Position numbers and translations under genes: made by a program. The notes under the pieces are model-generated. The model was not told the DNA's origin, ran no database searches, and worked only from the letters and a program-made list of their open reading frames with translations. From the NCBI GenBank assembly GCA_026936335.1, contig JAPMXV010000052.1:62001-126000 (forward strand): 64,000 nt of DNA. The letters run 5' to 3'. The DNA is from Mantamonas sphyraenae STR306. Its lineage: Eukaryota > Protista > CRuMs. This document shows positions 58,248 through 64,000 of the stretch, one piece after another (positions within the stretch are counted from its first letter, which is position 1; the number at the start of each line of letters is the position of its first letter).

Positions 58248-59633
58248 TCAGGAGGAGAGCACGACGACGGTGAATGAAATGCCGAGGTAAACAATGCGTG
58301 TGATAAGCCCGTTGTCGATGATGACGCCATAGGCGCGCCAAACGAGGGAGCTCTTGGAATACTGAAGGAGAGCAATCATGGCCACGAGTTCTGTGTGGGA
58401 AATGCTGGAAGTGATGTTGCGCCCTCCGTCGGTGGAGGAGTTGCCGCTGTTTGTGCTGTCGAGTGAGACGGAGGAACCTTCGCTGCGCAGGGTGGTGGCA
58501 CTGTCACGCCATGCCATCTCCATGGAGGAGGAGTACTGGTCGTCGACCATGTGAAGGTAGCCCGTGTGGAAGTGTTCCAAGGACATGAGCTCGCGCAGGC
58601 GAGCGTTGACTCGTGCCGGGTAGCGCAGGACAATGTACAGGGGAGGAAGCAGGATGATACAGACGCCGGCGGTGGCAAACGAAGACACGGTGGCGTCTGC
58701 GATCCGGGTGGTGATGAGGAGGGCAAACACGAGCACCGAGGTGAAGGTGAGGGTGAGGGTCAACCAGCAGCTGCGCCAGAACTCAATGTGCAGATCCAAC
58801 CCGAGACTGAGGTCGTTGACCACATCCTTGAGATTGACAAACTTGCGAAAGGAGGCCATCTCGATGTCTGTGCTAATCGTGGTGATGCCAGCCTCGAGGA
58901 ATTGGCACGTGAGGACGAAAAAGAAGATGGAACAGGCCATGGCACCTCGCCACCACAGTGCCAACAGATCAGAGACCACAAGCCCCGCAATGTTGACGCC
59001 ATCCAACTGGCTGCCTTCCAGGGTCTGTGCACGTGGATCAGCTGGACCACCGGCGTGTTCGGTTGCCTCAGCCACAATGAGACTGACGTTCTGCACGAGG
59101 AAGAAGAACCAGGAGAGGAGAAGGATGACAAAGATGATTATAAAGAGGCGGCGGCCTGTGGCGACGATGCGCTTGCGTTCGTCGACGGAAAAGGGCACGT
59201 GGCGAGCGAGCTGGTGCAGGAAGTTGTCGCGGAACATGCTGTAGAGGGTGTGTTGCCAGAAGAGGGAGAGGGAGAAGAGGACAGAGGTGCCCACCACCAT
59301 GGGTGTGGTGAGAGTGATGCCCAACACTTGGTTGGTGCTGTTGGCCAGCTGCTGGGTCACGTACGGCGCCAACGCAGCGTAGCCCAGCAGGAAGAGGCGG
59401 GCCAACCACCACCACACGTATCCCAAACGTGTGGGATGGTACACAAATCCAAACATCACCAGCATCCAGCGGAACTCCTTGAGGGCGTCGTCAAATGTTT
59501 GGTACATGGCTTCGTTGCCACCCAGGGTGTTCATGGCGTTGTGGTGTTCCAGCGACATCGGCCCCGTGTCGGTGGTGTTGAACGTCACGTCCCGCGAGTG
59601 GGGGTCACGCGGAGGTGCCAATGCATGCGACAT
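58248..59633 (-). CDS. 7TM gustatory-receptor-like (GRL/DUF3537-type) membrane protein
   Basis: About 7 hydrophobic segments; terminal motif LLQYSKSSLVWRAYGVIIDNGLITRIVYLGISFTVVVL. Confidence 0.55.
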   Translation of the reverse strand: MSHALAPPRDPHSRDVTFNTTDTGPMSLEHHNAMNTLGGNEAMYQTFDDALKEFRWMLVMFGFVYHPTRLGYVWWWLARLFLLGYAALAPYVTQQLANSTNQVLGITLTTPMVVGTSVLFSLSLFWQHTLYSMFRDNFLHQLARHVPFSVDERKRIVATGRRLFIIIFVILLLSWFFFLVQNVSLIVAEATEHAGGPADPRAQTLEGSQLDGVNIAGLVVSDLLALWWRGAMACSIFFFVLTCQFLEAGITTISTDIEMASFRKFVNLKDVVNDLSLGLDLHIEFWRSCWLTLTLTFTSVLVFALLITTRIADATVSSFATAGVCIILLPPLYIVLRYPARVNARLRELMSLEHFHTGYLHMVDDQYSSSMEMAWRDSATTLRSEGSSVSLDSTNSGNSSTDGGRNITSSISHTELVAMIALLQYSKSSLVWRAYGVIIDNGLITRIVYLGISFTVVVLSS

Positions 59634-59740
59634 GATGGTATGCTGATGATCCACCCTTCACGTCCTCGGTGGGAATTTGGGGTCGTGGGGTCTTGGCCGG
59701 AAAACTTTGCGCCTCGCCTCGCGCGTCTCATGGCAAGGAG

Positions 59741-61553
59741 ATGTTGAAACGGCCGACGGTGGACAATTACGTGCTGGACGACGAGGGAGGGCACCGGAGC
59801 GGCGGCGAACGGTTGGCTGTGGACGAGGAGGCAGTGCTGAAGAATGTGAAGCGGCCGTCGCCGAGGAGTGAGGACGAGTCGCTGACGGAGAGCAGCGGGA
59901 CAAAAGCATCGTCGTCGAAGAAAAAGAAGAAAAGACGAACATGGAAGGAGAAAGTGGCGGAGCTGAGGGAGAAGCGGCTGCAAACCAGGTCTGTGGTGGG
60001 ACCTTCGTTCATCAAGGAGATCATCAAAATGAGCAAGAGCACAATGGACGCAGAGACGCGGCAGATGGAACGACCGGTGTGGACGGAAGCGCCTGGAGAG
60101 CGCGCGGTGTTGATCTTTTTCGGCCTGCGTCTGGCCAACGAGAGCGTGCCAGCTCGCCTGTGGTATGTCATCACCAAGTTTATGATCATTTTCTTCTGTA
60201 CAGCGTCACCCTACTTGAACCTGGAACTGGCCCTGGAGGTGGACAACATTGCCGTGAGCTTTTCGCCACCCGTGGTGGCTCTGATGGTTCTGGTGCTCTC
60301 ATTGACCTTTATCATGCACTACAAACTCATTCGCTACTTCTATCTGGACATCCCAGGACGCATAATGCGTTGGGCACCGATTCCGGACAAGAAGTTGGAG
60401 GAGATGTATCCACGACGCAACCTGGCGTTTCACATCGTCACTGGAATCATGATCACAACCTGGGCCCTTTCATGGGTCACACAGGGCCTGTTGAACTTTC
60501 TGCAGTTGAACATGAATCAGCTCGGCTCGTTGGTGCTTGTTGTGGAGTTTGCCCTGGGCTTCTGGCTGGCTACGTTGATTGTGAGTGACCCAATGAGGGA
60601 GAGGGAGGGGGAGGGGAGGGCAAGAGAGGGGAGTACTGACAACACCAACACCGTCGTTCATGCACTCATGGGGCACCCTGCAGTACACCATCTTGTTTTT
60701 CGTGACAAGTTGCCGCATCCTGGAGGAAGGGGTGCAGGTGGTGTTGGAACACATGGAACGCAACGAGTTTGAAGAAGTGGTGCAGTTGAAACGGGCAGTG
60801 TCTGCGCTGGCCAAGGCGGTTGGAGAGCACACACGACACTGGCAACTGCCCTGGTTCCTTACGTGCATGCAAATGACCATTGTGTTTCTCTTTGTGGCTG
60901 TGATCATTGGAGCTGTGGAGGGTGGATCGTCGGTGGTGTACGTGGTGCTGATCCTGGCCGGGGTCTTTCTGCCGCTGCTGTTCCTGATGTTGGGCTACCC
61001 AGCACGCATCAACTTTCGCCTGCGCAAGCTGCTCAACATCCACACGCTCCATTTTCCAGGCGTGTACCGCGGCGTGTCCAAGCGTAAGATCCGCAAGCGG
61101 GAGGCCAAGAAGAAGATGCGTGGGTTTGGACCGCGCAGGCGCATTGTGGACGAAACCGAGGCGGCAACCATGGATGAGGACAACTCCATCAAACTGCGCA
61201 CGCTGATGACACGCGGACGAATCAGCGACGGCGAGGAGAGTGGCATCCCAAAGGCAGGTAACAATGGGGAAGAGTTTGAGGAGGATGAGGAGAGCAAGCC
61301 AGTGACGGAGGACCGGGAGGTGGACGACGGTTCACAGCTGAAGATGCGAGAGCCCAGCGTGGACTCGGACGGCCTTCGAGACGAGTACGAAGTGCAGAAC
61401 AGGGTGATTGCCACCATCAGTGTGCTTCAGTTTGCACGTGATGATTTGGTGTGGCGAGCCTTTGGGGTGGTGGTTGACAGTGGTTTTCTGGCCAAGCTGG
61501 CCTATCTGTCGCTCACCGGCATTGTGTATGTGTTTAGTCGATCCAACGTGTAG
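59741..61553 (+). CDS. Second 7TM GRL/DUF3537-type paralogue (2 exons)
   Basis: Same topology; terminal motif VLQFARDDLVWRAFGVVVDSGFLAKLAYLSLTGIVYVF; intron ~60581-60683. Confidence 0.55.
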
Positions 61554-61630
61554 GGACCTGAGCAATCGGGAATGGTTTGAAGGCAAGAGAAGGGAGGGCA
61601 CAACACAACAACAATGGGAAATGTACGCTT

Positions 61631-61713
61631 TGTGATGTGATGTGATGTGATGTGATGTGATGTGATGTGATGTGATGTGATGTGATGTGATGTGTGTGTG
61701 TGTGTGTGTGTGT
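61631..61713. repeat. Compound microsatellite (TGTGA)~12 followed by (TG)n
   Basis: Directly visible pentanucleotide array followed by a dinucleotide run, between convergent genes. Confidence 0.95.
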
Positions 61714-61734
61714 GTTCACTGTGTTTTGTTCTCT

Positions 61735-62947
61735 TCACTCGAGGGCCTTTGTGACGCCAACCTGTGCAGGGCGAAGGACCCTTGTGTTGAGTGTGTAGCC
61801 CCGTTTGACGACAGCAGCAACAATGCCCGGCTCGGTGTCGGCAGTGGGCACCTCAAACAGGGCCTCGTGGATGTTTGGGTCAAACTGGTGGTTGGTGGGG
61901 TCGCCCATCTGTTCCACTCCGTGCTTGTTCAGCACATTCAACAGCTCACGCTGGTTCATCAGATTGCCCTCATGCAGAGCAGTGACCATGGGGTCGACAC
62001 TGTGTACGTGTGTGTGTGTGTGTGTGTGTGTCAGTGGGTTCGCTCAGCTCTATGCTCGCTCACACACTCTCTCCTTCTTTCCCCTTCCTTCCAGCCAACT
62101 CACTTGGGTTTGTCCAGGATGCCATTGTCGTACACACTGCCCACAGCACGCTCAAAGTTGTCTGCTACCTCAAGGAGGTCTTTGGTCAGTGCGCTGATGC
62201 CAAACTCTTTGGCTCGGGCCACGTCTTCGCGGGCCACTCTGTGCACACAACACGACGACGCGGGGGTTAGCGACACGCACTCTCTTGCCACACAGGCGTA
62301 GGATGAATGGGTTATTGGGCAGGAAGGGGACGGATGCAATGATGTGGCAATGTGTGTGTGTGCTGAATCGGAGGCAAAAGGGCGGACGGGGAAAACGCGG
62401 AAAATGGCCGGAAGCCCAGGCGAGGGCCAAGGAGACGGACGAGGTGGAAACAGATGGAAAACGATGGGGAAGGGTGGGCCAAGGCAAAGCGAGCAATGTG
62501 ACGGGCTGGATGGCATGCGAGTGCAACAAGCACACACGCTGTGCAAACGTACCGGCGGACGGTTTCCATGTCGGCGAGGCGACGCAGGTTGGTCTCCTGC
62601 AATTCCTTGATCTGCTCCTCCAGAGCAGCAATGTGCTCGTGGGCCTCGTCGAGCTGGGGATGGCCAGTCTTGGTGACACCCTCACCCTGGGCATTGTCCT
62701 GTGCATTGTCAGCGTCAGCGTCAGCGTTGTCGGCTGTCGGCTGTGTCTTGTCGTTGTCGGTGTCGAGAAGCACACGTGTGGTCCACGAGAGGCCACGTGT
62801 GCCCTGTTGCTGTTGTGCGTGCTGCATGTTGTTGCACAGGGAGGCCAACCCCAGGCCCTCCACTGCACTCCCTGAACTGAGGCTGGCTGCCACCACGTGA
62901 CTGGCCACAGGCACGGTGCGACTACTGCTGCTGATTCGGGAAAACAT
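61735..62947 (-). CDS. GRPEL1: Mitochondrial GrpE co-chaperone (3 exons)
   Basis: Presequence, RRLADMETVRR, KDLLEVADNFERA, FDPNIHEAL, GYTLNTRVLRPAQVGV. Confidence 0.93.
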
Positions 62948-63012
62948 CTCTCGTCGTCGTGGTTGCAGCGGCGCAGGTCCATCCAAACGAACGCCATCCC
63001 CTTCAGACACGA

Positions 63013-64000
63013 ATGACCAACGTGCAGATACGCACTGCCCTGGCTAGCACCGAGCACACGGGCAAGTGCAAGTTGACCATGATGCTGTTGGAAACAGTGC
63101 CCAAGGAGGTGAGGAGGCACAGACACACACACACCCACCACCACCGCACACACAAACACGCACACCAACGCACGCGGGGATGCTTGGGCTGTGCAACGCA
63201 GGTTTACGCTGCATTCATCCATCATCAGTCCATGGACACGTGTGGTGTACCCAGGGCATGCGTGTGTGTAGAGCAGAGCCCAGCTGGGAGGGGTCTTGCC
63301 AGGCGGGAAAAATCCGGCCGTTTTTGCAGGGAGTGGGATGGGTTGTGCAGGAGGGAGAGTGGCGCACTGACACCCATGGGATGGGATGGAATGGATGTGT
63401 GGGATGTCACAGATCATGTGTTTGCCATACGTCGAGGCGATCCGGGACCTGGACCTGAGTTGCAACCAGGTGGAAAAGCTGCCGGCAGGGATCTCGCGCA
63501 TGGTGAACCTGACCAAGTTGAATCTGAACTGGAATCGGATTGCAGAGTTGCCCGATGAATTGGGAGACCTGAGTGGACTCAAGCAATTGCAGGTGAACTT
63601 CAACCAGCTTCGTACGCTGCCCGGGTGTCTGGGACGCCTGAGCAGCCTGCGTGTGTTGCATGCAACGGACAACGAGCTGACGAGTGTGAGCGCAGAGTTG
63701 GGTGAGTTGAGTGACCTGCGTGTGCTCAACCTGCGCTACAACAGCATCAAGGAGTTGCCAAACACCCTGGCCAATCTGGCAGGCACCCTGCAGGAACTCA
63801 ATGTCAATGGCAACCCTGTCACATACCCTCCACAGGACATTTGCTACGATGGCACCACAGCAATCCTAAGCTATCTGGCTGGCCATGGCGATGGGTTGCA
63901 GTTGGTGGCTGTTAGTCTCGGGAGCAGCTTGGGGAGCAGCGGCAGTAGCAGTAGCAGTGGCAGTGGCAGTGGCAGTGGCAGTGGCATGGCCACCATCTCG
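63013..64000 (+). CDS. LRR protein, N-terminal part (continues beyond the window)
   Basis: Exons encode LDLSCNQVEKLP...LNLNWNRIAELP...LNLRYNSIKELP...LNVNGNPVTYPP. Confidence 0.8.

Noticed and set aside
61631-61692. (TGTGA)n array as a telomeric repeat or CRISPR-like array
   Set aside because: Simple internal microsatellite with no spacers. No CRISPR array, tRNA or rRNA was recognised in the window.

Overview
A very gene-dense, GC-rich window from a eukaryote, most likely a unicellular protist. It has short GT-AG introns rich in (CA)n/(TG)n, many intergenic gaps of only 5-150 bp, and about 32 host protein-coding genes. Recognisable genes include a MYCBP2/HECTD4-like giant protein, V-ATPase G, TMEM18, a HECT E3 ligase, PMF1/Nnf1, NFU1, selenoprotein H, GPR137, a GFA/CENP-V protein, cathepsin B, NOL11, DHX16, UTP15, TACO1/YebC, DCP2, an ATP-grasp ligase, an Ssn6-like TPR protein, NDUFB10, EFR3, two 7TM GRL/DUF3537-like paralogues and GrpE. 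The standout is a 5,453-bp insertion (12513-17965) bounded by 29-bp imperfect inverted repeats and a 5-bp direct repeat (CTTCC). It carries one intronless ~1,690-aa ORF whose C-terminus has the Fanzor/TnpB RuvC plus zinc-finger signature with all three acidic catalytic residues. Between that ORF's stop codon and the element end is a ~185-nt highly structured segment with a predicted pseudoknot ending exactly at the boundary, as expected for an omegaRNA scaffold. Removing the element rejoins an interrupted reading frame in register. This looks like a complete, unusually large eukaryotic RNA-guided nuclease (giant Fanzor) locus with a predictable guide. Several host genes show single-base frameshifts that are probably assembly errors. 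All family assignments come from motif recognition by eye, not database searches.
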